DNA from: Cyanidioschyzon merolae | Taxonomy: Eukaryota | Length of the DNA: 64,000 bases | Direction: 5' to 3' (one strand) | NCBI GenBank assembly: GCA_000091205.1 | Contig: AP006502.2 | Part shown: one piece after another, positions 45,258 through 57,096 of the stretch | Position numbering within the stretch: the first letter of the stretch is position 1 | How the letters are laid out: every line of letters begins with the position of its first letter | The notes under the pieces: generated by a model | Databases searched by the model: none | The model's input: only the letters and a program-made list of their open reading frames with translations | What the model was told of the DNA's origin: nothing | Translations under genes and position numbers: made by a program

Positions 45258-46656
45258 AGATTGGGCGAGCAGGTCTCTGGAAGCGGCCAGAGTCTGAAAG
45301 AATGGCGCATATTCGATCTTTATGGATCATGGATCTGTCCCGCTGGTCCACGCCAGTGGGAAGCACGCTGGTCAAAGTCCCGCCCGCGCTACGCCCAAGT
45401 CGAACTGGCATAGAACAGGTCCTTTCGCACTGACGTACAAGTCCATGTTTGGGTCTCCTCTGACCGTCATCAGCGCCGGCTGCTGCGGGGCTATTTCTGG
45501 GACTGCCTCGTTTGCTTTTCTTATATCTGCGGCTTTCAATTCGCCGGTTTCCCCGGTTCTTCCATATCCGTTCATAGCAGTCGATTTCGAGATTTGATGG
45601 CAGCATTCAAATCCCAAATTCGCAGCTTCCAGTTGTTCCCGACACACTGCACGCAAAGACGCTAGTCGTGCACTACGCTTCGCTTACCCGTTTTGACTTA
45701 TTCGTGTATAGCCTTCAGTGTGCACGTCGCAGTGGCGATATCTGGCTGTGATCAGGTATTCCCATGCAGCCGCCGGACATTTTCCGCCCCTGAAGGCTGC
45801 CCTGCTGCCCGTGAACGCTTGCTTCATCGATTGGCGCATGCGTTTGACGGGTAAACAAGATGCTCCTGGATGTCGTTCTCCATAGTCGCGCCCAGTACCG
45901 CGTCCTACGATGACGGGCGCTTCTTCTAGCCGATCGTCTCGAAATGTACGCCGTCCGCTGCTAGTGCAAACGCACGCTGTCTCATGCGGTAGAGGATTTG
46001 TGGAACGCGATGTCGTCCACAATGAAACAAGTACCGAGAAGAAAACCCAGGCTGGCGACTGCGTAGAGAAAACTCGATCCGTTGGCGTTCCCGTCGAGCA
46101 TAAGCGCTGATGCATTCTCCACTGGGAGTGAGCGATGCGACGAAGCAAGTCCGAGTCCAAGACCCTATTCGATGTAAACAAAAGAGAGGGCGGCGCCTGA
46201 GCGCATATCGCGTAAGAGGTATCGAGCTGCTGTGAAATGCGGTTTCGTAGATGGCTACCAATACAAGAGGGGAATTTCGGCATTCGAACGTCATCGATCA
46301 CTTGACATGACAAGTCTGGCAACTTTGTGGCATGTGTTTGTGAAGATGTCGTCGAGCGACGGAATCGACATTGTTTGATAGTCAATTCAGCGACGCAAAA
46401 TGCTCCACTCATGTGTTGCCTTGAAACGGTACGACCGACCAACCTGAAGACCATATGATTTGACCATACTGCACATTGGGAACGAAAAACGTCTGCAGGC
46501 TTCCACCTATGCATAGGATCCATACATCAGTTCTCTTATGAACCAGTTTTTTCGAGGTTGACGCGAATCATCTTGATTCCGATAGCGTTACCAAATCCAG
46601 CGAAGAAGCCTGGACGGAGCCTCTCCGAAAAGACACCCGAGCATTCCCCAAAACTA

Positions 46657-46670
46657 CGTATATATATATA
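46657..46670. repeat. (TA)7 dinucleotide run in the divergent intergenic region between the GT-like and RER genes.
   Basis: tatatatatatata seen directly. Confidence 0.6.
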
Positions 46671-46944
46671 TACGTACGCTCTCCTTGCTGCATTTTGAAT
46701 CTCGAAGCTGCACATCGAAGCATCTTCGGAAAAAGATGTCAAGGCAGGAACAGAGCGACCAGTACAGTGTTACATGTGAATGCCCAATGGGTGTAGAACT
46801 CGACAGCGCAGCGCTATAGCGCTATGCCACCGATCCCGTGTTGGGAGCACTGGCTCCAGCTCCTTCCCCTATGCTCCGAATATCACATCATGCCTCATCC
46901 AGAGCTGTTTGTATTGATCTCGGCACAAATTCCGATAAAAAACG

Positions 46945-48408
46945 TTGCCTGATGCTGCAGTGGATGTGCTCGCGAAACGACGCCATGCCGTCTTGACCAC
47001 TCCTGGTACGTTGTCGTTGCCTCCGGTTTCTCAAGCAACTGCTGCGTGTAGAATGACAGCGGCTAGGCCAGTCAAAGCATTTTTATCGGTTTCGAATTGT
47101 TGGTACCTTTCATCTAGAGATCATTCCTCACGCCGCTCGACTTCTGGAAACAGCGACTTGCATCGAGCGCGTTCTCAGCAGGCAGTGCGCTTCCCTCGGA
47201 CACGTTGCCTACCGAGTCGCTGCGTTGGCCGAGTCAGACGCCACGGACTTGCCCTTGAAACGCTGCTCCTACAGTTGCAAGGCTTGGGGCCGCAGAAATC
47301 GCCCTTGGGAAGACAGCAGCTTCAAGTCCCAAACGACAGGGGCACAGACTTAGCTCCGACGCTCGCTGTTGCTTCTGGTGACGATGGCGGTTGCGGGGGC
47401 CGGATCAGCACGCCCGGTCGAGGATGGTACTATCGCTGGGGAGCTGGTGGGTACGCATCTTCGTCCGATGAAAGGGACAACGGCGATGCGGAGCACCAGA
47501 GCTTCGAGCAACCAGGACAGGAGGCTGCCGGTCACGCGAGCTCCGGTACCGGGAGTGACGCGTCCGACCACGAACAGCTGCTGCGAAAGATGAACCGCCC
47601 TGTGGAATCTGTGCCACGGGAACTCTTTACTCTAGACCTGAAAACTGCGCAAACGTACCTTGTAGCAACGGCAAGCGGCCTACCTCGGTTCCTCACCGAC
47701 CGCTTTCCCGCATGGCAAGCGAAAATGCTCGCTGATCCGAACTTTTTCTTCAAACTTGTCATGGAGGAAACCGTCGGCATGGGCCTCTGTCTGACTGGGG
47801 TCGTTCTTGCTCGTGGCGATCGTCTCATGAAAGAACTAGATTTTGTGCTCATCGACACCCTGGTGGGCGCAGCGCTCAGCTTCGTGCTCCTGTGGTTGCT
47901 CGCACCCAGTGCAACGATGCAGTCGCTTCATCAGAGACATCTATCGAGTTCGTCAAATGCAGGACCAGTGAGCGCTCTGCAACATTATTTTCGCACACTT
48001 CCATCATGTGCGTTGGCACCAGCATCGTCAGCGACGTCCTACTCATGGAGTCAACGAGCGGTTGCCTTTCTCTACAAGGGATCGCTCTTTGCAATCGCCG
48101 GTTTCATGGCCAGTGTGATTGGCACCTCCATGGGCTACGCTTTATTGGCTCTACGGAAGCGCCTCACCGGAAAGGAACCGGAAAACCGAATGCCTCCCAT
48201 TCTCATCATGAGTCTGGGTTGGGCAAGTTTCATGTTCGTTTCCGCGAATCCTCGGTACCAGGTGGTGACGGCGGCAGAGCTTTTCATTTATGAAAAGGCG
48301 TCACCTGCGGTTGCCAAAGCCAGCACGGCTATTCTGCGCACCGTAAACAGTATTGCCGGAGGTGCAACTTGGGTGCTCTGGGCTCGAGCGTTTGGACTCA
48401 ACCAGTAG
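46945..48408 (+). CDS. RETICULATA-related (DUF3411) chloroplast-envelope-type membrane protein with a long low-complexity N-terminal region. The start is uncertain.
   Basis: DPNFFFKLVMEETVGMGLCLTGVVLARGDRLMKELDFVLIDTLVGAALSFVLLWLLAPS and downstream TM segments match the conserved core of RER/DUF3411 proteins as recalled from memory. Confidence 0.5.
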   Translation: MPDAAVDVLAKRRHAVLTTPGTLSLPPVSQATAACRMTAARPVKAFLSVSNCWYLSSRDHSSRRSTSGNSDLHRARSQQAVRFPRTRCLPSRCVGRVRRHGLALETLLLQLQGLGPQKSPLGRQQLQVPNDRGTDLAPTLAVASGDDGGCGGRISTPGRGWYYRWGAGGYASSSDERDNGDAEHQSFEQPGQEAAGHASSGTGSDASDHEQLLRKMNRPVESVPRELFTLDLKTAQTYLVATASGLPRFLTDRFPAWQAKMLADPNFFFKLVMEETVGMGLCLTGVVLARGDRLMKELDFVLIDTLVGAALSFVLLWLLAPSATMQSLHQRHLSSSSNAGPVSALQHYFRTLPSCALAPASSATSYSWSQRAVAFLYKGSLFAIAGFMASVIGTSMGYALLALRKRLTGKEPENRMPPILIMSLGWASFMFVSANPRYQVVTAAELFIYEKASPAVAKASTAILRTVNSIAGGATWVLWARAFGLNQ

Positions 48409-50378
48409 TGTTCGCTCAAGAGCTTCCTCTAGAAGTAAAAGTTTTGGTCTTAGAGGGGAAGCATGTCAAGAAATGGCGGTCGAGGCGCGTTACAGCCTCC
48501 CGGTGCCACACATTGTTTTCCTCTGACTCGTCTCGGAACTCGATGTTGGCACTGCAAAGCCATTTTATGAATGTGGGCCAAGTCGGAATTTATCGCTCTC
48601 GCCCTAGCCGCTTCGAAAATTGACTGGTCTCTGTATTCTAGCGCTTTCCATGGTAAGTTGCGGGTGCTCGTCCAGAAGTGCGCTGCTAGATGCAACAGGA
48701 GACCACCGACAACGATCAGGGCTTGATTCGAAGCGGAACAGGGCGCTCACTGAGTATCCAGAGCACCTGTTTTTTTTTGAGGAAAATTGAGACGTATCAG
48801 CGCCAAGATCCACAAATACGATCGTGCGCGATTCTATTCAGAGCCTCGCATACCCGTTACAGACTTGAATGAAACACTGAACTGCTCGCCCGGTTCCCGC
48901 CATGAGCGTATTTTTCCAGACATTCTTTCGGTGTCGAGACCCCGCATTCCGAGTGCTGCCATGAACGCTTGCAGATCCATGCGTCGTTTTGAGATTCTCG
49001 GTCATTTTTTTCGGATTGGCTCTTTCGACGCTTTAGAACTGGAATTCGTCAAGTCATCGGAATCGCGATGATTCTCGACGTCCTCGTAAAAGGTTCGTAA
49101 AGTGACCAATATCCTTATCCAATACATTCCTAGAAGCCTCCGTTATTCTGCTCTGATTGCAAGCAGCATGCTCGAATCACGCATTCTTCGGGTTTTCGAA
49201 CTTTCTGTTTCGAGGCACGTCGTCGGCGCAGGAATTCATTCCGCTGGATTGACAAGGAAAAGTACACAGCGTCTTCTATTGACGCATGGTTCACAGGCTC
49301 ATGCAGAACATTCACTGAACGTCCCATGTCCAATCATCGATTCCGTTCGAAAGACAAATCGTCCACTCTTTGTGACCATCGATGAAACGGCCTTGGAAAA
49401 CAGCCTGATGCGTCTGACGGCTTATGCTCCATGAGGCTCACTTCTCTTCTGTGTGCATGGAAACGTGTCGTGGACGTGGTCATGCGTCATCGCAACGATC
49501 GCTTCCTGTCGAGCGTGCGCCACAGCTTTGCACGAAGCGGGCGTAGACGGATCGAAATATCTTGACGACTTGGCCAGTTTGTATTTTTCTTCTGGTACGT
49601 GTCTCATCAAGGACGTTCCCGTGTCTCATAGCTCCTCAGTCGAATGGAACAGCATACGACTGCTCATGCAGCCGACAGCAAAGTCGTCAATGGAATCCCG
49701 CAGAAGAAGCCCATGATCGTAGTGTCCGGCATGGAGCACAGTTACGGAGTAGCGCAACCATGGGAGCATTCCGTAGCTAACACGCGCACGTACCGAGCAA
49801 TGAAGCGAGCGTCAATGCGGTACAGGTCAGCGCTCGCAGAAGCAGGTATGGTGTACATCTGGGAACGCTTGACCAGAGCCAAATGTTACCGTTGCGAAGC
49901 ACGCGACGGAGCTACACGCAAAGAACATGAAAACGGCAAGTGAAACGCAGATCGCAACAACTGCCGGTGCTTGGAATGCGTCGAAAACAGCCGGAAGCTA
50001 CGCACTAGGCACTTGCAAGCTGCCATCAATATCCTTTGACCGCTGAAAATGCATCTGTAGGGATCCGAGCGACCAGCGTATTGAGAGCCGGAGCTCGACC
50101 AGAGGAATACCAATCCGTCGCGCAAAAAACCCACAAATGCTGGTTTTCCTGACAGCGGAAAGTGTCCCAAACGTTCGCATGTACGCTCCGCTAGTAGACC
50201 AGTTCCATTTCCCTTCGATCTTGGATCAACGGCTACTGGTACTACAAGAATCTGCACGGCAGACAAACGATTACGATTCCGAAATGCTTTGCATACCTTT
50301 CATGCGTACAGACCAAGATCCTGCTTCATTGCTAGCTCGATCCTTGCCGGCCATTTTCACCGAAACGCTCAGGGAACC

Positions 50379-51725
50379 TCAACTTGCAACATCTACGAAT
50401 GCCGGCACGCTACGCGTCCCCGTTGAGTCATCTGCATTCTCGAGTAGCTGCTTCTCTTTCGGAGACTCGCTACTCGGCGAACCGCTACTCCTCAATCGCT
50501 GTTCCGTGTCTGGGTTGCTTCCTTTAGACGACTTCGCTTGTCGTTCGGCTTTCTCAGCCGATCGCAGCCGGGCAGCGCGTCGCTTCTGTTTCTTTGTCGA
50601 CCTGGCTGCAGCGCGTTGCTGCTGTTGTTTCTCCATCTTGACTAAATCGCGTTCCCAGATGTCCGCCATCAGCTTGTAGATTCGCAACGCGGTGGTTGCA
50701 TCCTCTACGGAATCGTGACCCGGCCCGTGGGCGGTCCCCTTCTGAATTACCTGATCCAGGAGTTCTGCAGCGAGCGTTCGAAGGGACGGCGTTCGAAAGG
50801 TCCGCATGGGCAGCAGCCTCCGTAACCGCAGATAATGGGCAGTGTCCCGAATGTGTCGACGAGGATGACTCAGTTGCAGAACCGTGAGATCCTTGCGAAG
50901 CTCGTGACCCACAATGATCCGACCTTTCATTAACGAGGCTACTGCGCGTTGTGCCTCCGCAAACGGGACGCAGCTCGGATCTTGCAAATGATGAGGCTGG
51001 ATCCCACTGTAGGGAGTACGAAAGTCAACCACTCGGGTATCCACCTGCACAAAGCGATCATAGAGCACGGCCTCATCGTAGTCAACGACGGATATGCGGG
51101 CAAGTGCATCCGTGGACCCGCCTGGGCCTATGCCCACAAACTCACCGTCAAGAGCGATAATCGAGCCCAAAGGTGCTGCTCGCTCCTGTGGATAGAGTCC
51201 AAGAGGTCCGGCTTTTCGCAAAGGCTCCTTTTCTGGAGCGTGCAGCTCTGCTCGGACGTTTTCCAAAGAGGAACCCTCCGTGTCGTTTGGTTGTTTCGTT
51301 CCATCCGTGCGAACGCTTGTCGCTACTCGGTCAGAAGAGCGGTGGCGTTCAGGCGATGGCTTGACCTGAGCTGGACTTGCAGCTGGCACGCTTTCGCCAA
51401 GTGATTGGTTGCTAGTGCCCGAGTCTCCCAAGTTACCGATTGCATCACTGTTTTGTTTGGAGACGGAACTTGTTGCAGAAGACCGATGCAGTTGTCGTGG
51501 GGCCTGTCCCGTATTCAGCTGTTGCTTCAGCGCTCTCCAGTTATCGTCCGCAGTTGGCAGACGCTTCTTGCGCCGACCTCGTGGCTGCCCGCTCTCTACT
51601 TGCGGTCGTTCAAGGTCGTCTGCGCTTGCTTCCACTTGCTGGCTACTGCCCGTGAGGCATTTTACCCCCAGGTCCTCTTCGGACACCGTCTTGCCGCTGT
51701 TCTTTGCTGACTTGGACACCGTCAT
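50379..51725 (-). CDS. REX4: REX4/ISG20-like DEDDh 3'-5' exoribonuclease with low-complexity N- and C-terminal extensions.
   Basis: IIALDGEFVG (Exo I, DxE), IIVGHELRKDLTVLQL (Exo II) and HDSVEDATTALRIYK (Exo III, H...D) lie in a 448-aa ORF. Confidence 0.75.
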   Translation of the reverse strand: MTVSKSAKNSGKTVSEEDLGVKCLTGSSQQVEASADDLERPQVESGQPRGRRKKRLPTADDNWRALKQQLNTGQAPRQLHRSSATSSVSKQNSDAIGNLGDSGTSNQSLGESVPAASPAQVKPSPERHRSSDRVATSVRTDGTKQPNDTEGSSLENVRAELHAPEKEPLRKAGPLGLYPQERAAPLGSIIALDGEFVGIGPGGSTDALARISVVDYDEAVLYDRFVQVDTRVVDFRTPYSGIQPHHLQDPSCVPFAEAQRAVASLMKGRIIVGHELRKDLTVLQLSHPRRHIRDTAHYLRLRRLLPMRTFRTPSLRTLAAELLDQVIQKGTAHGPGHDSVEDATTALRIYKLMADIWERDLVKMEKQQQQRAAARSTKKQKRRAARLRSAEKAERQAKSSKGSNPDTEQRLRSSGSPSSESPKEKQLLENADDSTGTRSVPAFVDVAS

Positions 51726-52292
51726 TGCTGTAACCTGAACTAGGACTCCTACGTTTGCAGGTCGTGTCCGTTACGTTTCGGGAGCGGACCTCCCCAGGGG
51801 ACGCACGCCTCCTCCTGTACCTCCAGGTTGGCACGCGGGTGACAAATGCGTTCTCGACAAGTTGTACTAAAATTAAGGTTTGCAGAGACACTGCTCCACC
51901 TGAAAGAAGCGCGTTTCCGGACGACGCTGCAACGTTAGGTCCGAAATAGAAGCCTGTTCGATGCGAGAGTTCGCACAGCGGATTGCAGAGACAATCCTCC
52001 TCCCGAAAGGTGCGCTTTTTTCGACACAACGCTGCAACGTCCAGTCGAACCAACAGTGCCAACGACAGTGTTCAGGGTAGAGCGTGTCTGCAGACTCGAA
52101 GTCTGCAGCTGTTGCACAACCGACCCTGCTGACCTGCTGACAAGCGTTGCGTTGCGTTGGAGTGCGCCCCGCATCTTCTCGAGGCGTTCGAGACGAAAGC
52201 CGTGTTCCCGTTCGAAATGTCAGTGCTAAAGGCAAAGACAGCACGATGAATCAATGAATTAACTTGACAGTGTGATGTGGAAAGTCTAAAAA

Positions 52293-55200
52293 TTGAACGT
52301 CGCGCGTTCCATGACGCTTTCTCTGGAGTGCTTGGGGGTGCACCTGCCTTGCGAGAGCGTAGAGGTAGCGTTGGTTGCACCGGCGGGCCCTTGCCACTGT
52401 TGGGTGAGCACTAATCGAGAGACCGTGCAGCAATGGTACCGGGAGTCGGCTGAGGGTCTAGATCGTTCATCAACGGGTTCAGAAAGCCCTGTTGGCGTGC
52501 AGAACAAAGACCGAAGCGTTTGGCGGATCGTGGCTGAGTTCCGCGCTCCTGGCAGAGTCGCCTTTCTAGTACACCTGGGCAAACACGGTCTGCTTGCTCA
52601 GACGGCAGACTGCAAGTTCTTGTTCGTGGCTGGTCACTGGCGCAGCGTGAAACTCCCAACATGGAACGAACGCATAACCGCTGTCACAGTGGTCTCAGGG
52701 AGTCTCCGTTCACTGGCGGATGAGCCGGAGAGTCGCACGTCGCCTACCAGGTTTGAGCGAACGCCCCAGGCCTCTACGTCTTCGTTGCACCTTTTGCTTG
52801 GTACGGCGCAGGGAACGCTGTATAGCTGTTTGGTGCCGCAGTTTAAGATGACTGCCATCTGGAGTACAACAACGGCTTGTTCCGGGGCAGAGCCGATCTG
52901 CGGGTTGCGCTATCTGCATGCTGCTCGTACGGGTTCTCCGGGCCACGAGCTTCTGATCCTCAGCACACCAACGAGGTTGTATTACGTCATGGATCCCTTC
53001 TCGGTATCGGAGAGCGCTCGCGAGCGGCTCAACTTGGATCGCTTCATGGAGACGGCGCCGTGTGCATCCGCAGACGCAACGATGACCGCAGCAGGCATGG
53101 TGGAAAGCATCCCGCAGAATAAGATCGGATCCCTCTTTGGGGACTGGAACTGGTTAAGTCGCACCGGTATCTTGCACTTTCAAGTGAATCGCTCGGCGCT
53201 AGCGGCTGGGCAGTTGCCAGTGGTCTGGGAAAAATCCTGGATCGACTTGTCTGGGATTTTCTCTGCATCGAAGGAACCATATGCGGTCTTTGGGGCAGTC
53301 GACATAGAGCCTGGTTGCGTTCTTCTTGGAATCCAAAGTGCTTCTGCCGCCGATGGTGCAGTATTTCCAGCGCAAGGCGAGCGAGCCGTAGTCAGCGACG
53401 ACAATGAACCGTCGCTAGTGACCAGTCTGCAGGAATGTTCGATCACTGAGCACGCTCCGACACCAAGTCGAAACGCTGCACCAGAAGAGTGTTTCGTAGA
53501 GGAGCGTGATTCAGGAGTACGGGTGCTTCCCAGCTCGGAGCGTGGTCACACACGTGGAAGAGATTCTGCATCAGAGGCGTGTACCTCAGATGAGCTGCAC
53601 CCAAACACACGAGCATATAGCGCTTTGGCTTTAGAAAGTGTGACTTCATCGGTGGACCAACTTGATCGCTCTTTAAGCGCAGAGACGGCAGAGATCAGTC
53701 CCGGTGACTGCATGAACATCACTCATGTTGAGCGTTCTTCAGTCTTGCCTTCGGTTCGCGATAGCAACGCCGCATTTGAATCAGAGACCTTCGCATTCAC
53801 GCAAACACCCGCTGCGGATCCACAGCTCCCAGAGGCCGTGTCAGCTGATTCATCGGTATCCTGCGCAGCGTTCGAGCACGCCTTGCCCTCAACGGGGACG
53901 AGGACAGAGCAGGTGTCGCTGGACGCTCGCAGCGAGGCAGCATCAACGGATGTCGACCCGGTGCTTGGATTCATTGCTCTGTACTCCCTGGTAGATGGCC
54001 GTTTGCGCGCTCGCATGGCCGTGCGAAAAGAGCACGGACGACCGCTAGCGCTTCTACCTGGTGGACTGCTCGTGACGAGTCGCGCAACGTACTGTTGTCG
54101 TGTCTCGGGCGACGTACTGAAGGCGGTCCAAGAAGCGTTCGTCGAACGATACCGCCTTGCGGAAGCGCTAGCAAACTGCAAAACGACCGAACAAAAAGAT
54201 GTAGTGTTTCTTCAGTACGCAGAGAAACTTTTCAGTGAACTGGGTGGAATCCACGAGGCAGCCACGGAGGCGGATCTACAAGCACAACGAATCCGCAAGC
54301 AGCAAATTGCTTTCTACCTCGCTCGCTGCCGCTCTTTACAAGTCCAGGATGCACTGAAACGAATGATTGAACATTGCGCTGTCGATGCCGAGATGGTACT
54401 CGCCTACGTCGAGCAACGTGTTCTTGTAGAAGAGGACACGCTCAGTACAGGCGCCCTCGAATCGTTACAAAAGGCGCTCCAAGACTATCGCAGCGGTGCT
54501 GATGCGGAAACGTTTTTATCGCAACCCTGTGTATTACGAGACCAGTCAGCGACGGATGCTATGTACGGGCGCCTCTATCGGCTGATGAAACCGGGCTCCA
54601 CAGCGCAAGTTCAGTTACGAGAGCAGATCTTGCAGCGCGCTCTGGTCTTGCCCCCGATTGCGGAACGAAAGCATGGATCATTTTCAAATAACGAACATGA
54701 GGCGATCAAGTTGCTGCAGTGGGCAGCAGTGCTGCTCGCTGAGCAAGGCAACGAGGCAGATCTGTTCGCCCTTATTCAGAAGCATGCCCCTGCGGTGCAT
54801 GAAGATCGCTCGTTCTCAGGTTTTCTGTTGTGGCTGGTCAACCGATACGGTCTGTGGCACGTGCACATTGAGTTGCTCTTGATGCTGGACAAACAGGTCG
54901 GGTCCGACGCGGGTTATCGTGAGGACGCCTTGGATGTTGCTTTCGAGCATGCCGCAGAAATGGCCCTGGAGGCGAGTCCTCTTCTGGAGCGCCTCCTGGA
55001 TCGGATTTGTGGTGAGGATCGGGCACTCTGGCGCCAAGCGTTGGACCGAGCGCCCGCCTCGTGTCGCACTGCAGTTTGGAGCCGGGCCCTTCTCGAACGC
55101 CGCGTGGTCACGCTTGGTGAAGCGCTCGACGATCGCAGCACCACAAGGACGACTTCGCCCGTGGACTGCCCGTTGCCGGCGCAGGCGCTCAGCCACTTGT

Positions 55201-55688
55201 TTCGTGATATGGAACATTCCCTGGCAATTGAGCAAGCCAAGATACAGGATCTGATTTCAGTCCTCGAGCGCCTGGATCGGGCGCTAGAACACCAGTCTGC
55301 CGTGCGCCATGCAACGGAAGCTGTGTGGCGACGACAGTCCACGAACTGCACGGAATCGACACCTGGTCGAGAAACTCCGCAGACTGCATGGTTCCCTGGC
55401 CACGCTAGATCGCTGCTTCCCGACTGGATGACGCGTTCGCTACAGGCCGACGCGCTTTATGGCGCGAAAGCTGGAGCAAGCAACGCCCCAGCCGAGATGC
55501 AGGCCCGCGCCGCTCTCTGTCGAGTGCGTTCGCGAAACCGGTCGCTATCGAGCGCATGCGTCACCGGCAGCACCAGCGAGGCAACGCAGCAGCCAACCGA
55601 CACAAGTGCATCTGTTGCGACACGTGAACATGATGTTACATGGTTCAGCCCTTTCTGGCTCGAATCCCTGAACGCATCGTACCGCTGA
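52293..55688 (+). CDS. Large Vps18/Pep3-like protein (HOPS/CORVET-type tethering subunit: N-terminal beta-propeller-like region plus alpha-solenoid). No C-terminal RING finger is found in this ORF.
   Basis: LHLLLGTAQGTLYSCLV resembles Vps18 ILVGTAQGHIFEAEL, and LLILSTPTRLYYV resembles FVIATTRQRLFQF. The middle-region pattern DVLKAVQEAFVERYRLAEALANC resembles DVWRTYLDMNRFDLAKEYCRERPDC. Length is 1131 aa. Confidence 0.35.
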   Translation: MNVARSMTLSLECLGVHLPCESVEVALVAPAGPCHCWVSTNRETVQQWYRESAEGLDRSSTGSESPVGVQNKDRSVWRIVAEFRAPGRVAFLVHLGKHGLLAQTADCKFLFVAGHWRSVKLPTWNERITAVTVVSGSLRSLADEPESRTSPTRFERTPQASTSSLHLLLGTAQGTLYSCLVPQFKMTAIWSTTTACSGAEPICGLRYLHAARTGSPGHELLILSTPTRLYYVMDPFSVSESARERLNLDRFMETAPCASADATMTAAGMVESIPQNKIGSLFGDWNWLSRTGILHFQVNRSALAAGQLPVVWEKSWIDLSGIFSASKEPYAVFGAVDIEPGCVLLGIQSASAADGAVFPAQGERAVVSDDNEPSLVTSLQECSITEHAPTPSRNAAPEECFVEERDSGVRVLPSSERGHTRGRDSASEACTSDELHPNTRAYSALALESVTSSVDQLDRSLSAETAEISPGDCMNITHVERSSVLPSVRDSNAAFESETFAFTQTPAADPQLPEAVSADSSVSCAAFEHALPSTGTRTEQVSLDARSEAASTDVDPVLGFIALYSLVDGRLRARMAVRKEHGRPLALLPGGLLVTSRATYCCRVSGDVLKAVQEAFVERYRLAEALANCKTTEQKDVVFLQYAEKLFSELGGIHEAATEADLQAQRIRKQQIAFYLARCRSLQVQDALKRMIEHCAVDAEMVLAYVEQRVLVEEDTLSTGALESLQKALQDYRSGADAETFLSQPCVLRDQSATDAMYGRLYRLMKPGSTAQVQLREQILQRALVLPPIAERKHGSFSNNEHEAIKLLQWAAVLLAEQGNEADLFALIQKHAPAVHEDRSFSGFLLWLVNRYGLWHVHIELLLMLDKQVGSDAGYREDALDVAFEHAAEMALEASPLLERLLDRICGEDRALWRQALDRAPASCRTAVWSRALLERRVVTLGEALDDRSTTRTTSPVDCPLPAQALSHLFRDMEHSLAIEQAKIQDLISVLERLDRALEHQSAVRHATEAVWRRQSTNCTESTPGRETPQTAWFPGHARSLLPDWMTRSLQADALYGAKAGASNAPAEMQARAALCRVRSRNRSLSSACVTGSTSEATQQPTDTSASVATREHDVTWFSPFWLESLNASYR

Positions 55689-55827
55689 GGGCACGCGAGC
55701 GACCTTCTGCATGCACCAGCCTCGATACCAGATTTATCCACAAATGTCTCTAATACCACACCGGCACACGCACGAACAGAGCAGAGCCCCGTACCCGCGA
55801 CGCCACAGGATTGGATGCGTATCTCCC

Positions 55828-55860
55828 GGGGCAGGGGCAGGGGCAGGGGCAGGGGCGTCT
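55828..55860. repeat. (GGGGCA)5-6 hexanucleotide repeat with a canonical G-quadruplex-forming motif on the + strand.
   Basis: ggggcaggggcaggggcaggggcaggggc seen directly, about 140 bp downstream of the Vps18-like stop. Confidence 0.85.
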
Positions 55861-57096
55861 GTGCTCGATGAAAACGGAAAGCGCGCGTGCTGCTGCGTGC
55901 TGTGCCATGCGTGCGTCGTTGCCCGGCTGAAAGTGCACGCATTTTAGAAACAGAACAAATTTGAACATGGTGAATGTGCACGCGCACGGATCAGGTGCCA
56001 GCGCTATCGCTCATTGATTCGTCGCTGTGTCATGCCGTGTCACGTCGAGGCACTGACAGCACCGCTGGGATGTGTCCACGTTGCAGGATCCGTCTATTTC
56101 TGGTGTACGATCGATGCGTAAAACGAGAATCCAGGGGTATGGAAACGCTGCTGGTAAACAGGACAAGGACCATCGCATCCCCGTAGACGTCTCCGTGTAC
56201 GATGGATCTTCGACTATTCCCTCGGTCGAGATGGCAACTACATGCCTCCAGCGACTTTGAGCGTGGCGCGTCTATCCCAAACGCTTGCTTGGACGCCCGA
56301 TGCGCCGCTGCTGCTGTCGCCTGAGGGATACAGGACGGCCCCGCGGCTCGTTTAGGGACATCGGCTCGCGATTCGGAGTAGTCGGTGCGGAGCAAGCGGC
56401 CTCTCGAGGAAGGATGTCTGCGAGCGCTTCGACGCGAGCGCGCGCTGCCTAGACGAATGCTCCTTTGACGCAGTATATGCACGGGCACCGATTATTACCG
56501 TTGTGGTGCGCAGCGGACAACGAGTGTGGCGAAAATGGCCAGTTTCTGTTTCCGCCCGAGAGCGGCATCCGTGATGTTCGTCTACGCTCGAGCCGGTGCA
56601 TGCCTGGGTCCGCAGCCAGCGACACAGCGCATCGTGCACATATTCAAACCACGAGCGCCGACGAGACCGAGTCTGGTGGAAACCAGCCAGGCGCCACCGA
56701 TGAAGTGGCACCGCGCCTAGTATCGCCGCAAGCGCTGGTCGCATGCGATACACTACTGGCGACGGGTGCCGGTGTGCGTATTCACAACTCGTTCGTGTAA
56801 GCGAAGCTTCCGCCGAATAGCAGAGAATCTGGCGAGGGTTTGTCGAGCAAGCTACTAGATTATCGATCGTGACTGCCCGCAGAAACTTCTGATTCGCCAC
56901 ATGTACGTACGTGGACGTGAGGCACCAGTCATCCACCCGCGAGTCTTGATGATCTGCGTTGAGACGCATATCATGAGACGCTTTTTTCGTGCTTGCGGTG
57001 CGACGTCGGGAAGCCTCGATAGATGCATGCGTTGCGGCAGCAGGGCTCGCCATCACCAGCCCTAGCGCCAGTGACACTTGAAAAACACTCTTCACT

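Noticed and set aside
45684-46523. 279-aa minus-strand ORF in the GT-like/RER divergent intergenic region
   Set aside because: Cys/Arg/Ser-rich with no motifs. It lies in a promoter-like region between two divergent genes and is probably a chance ORF in GC-rich DNA.
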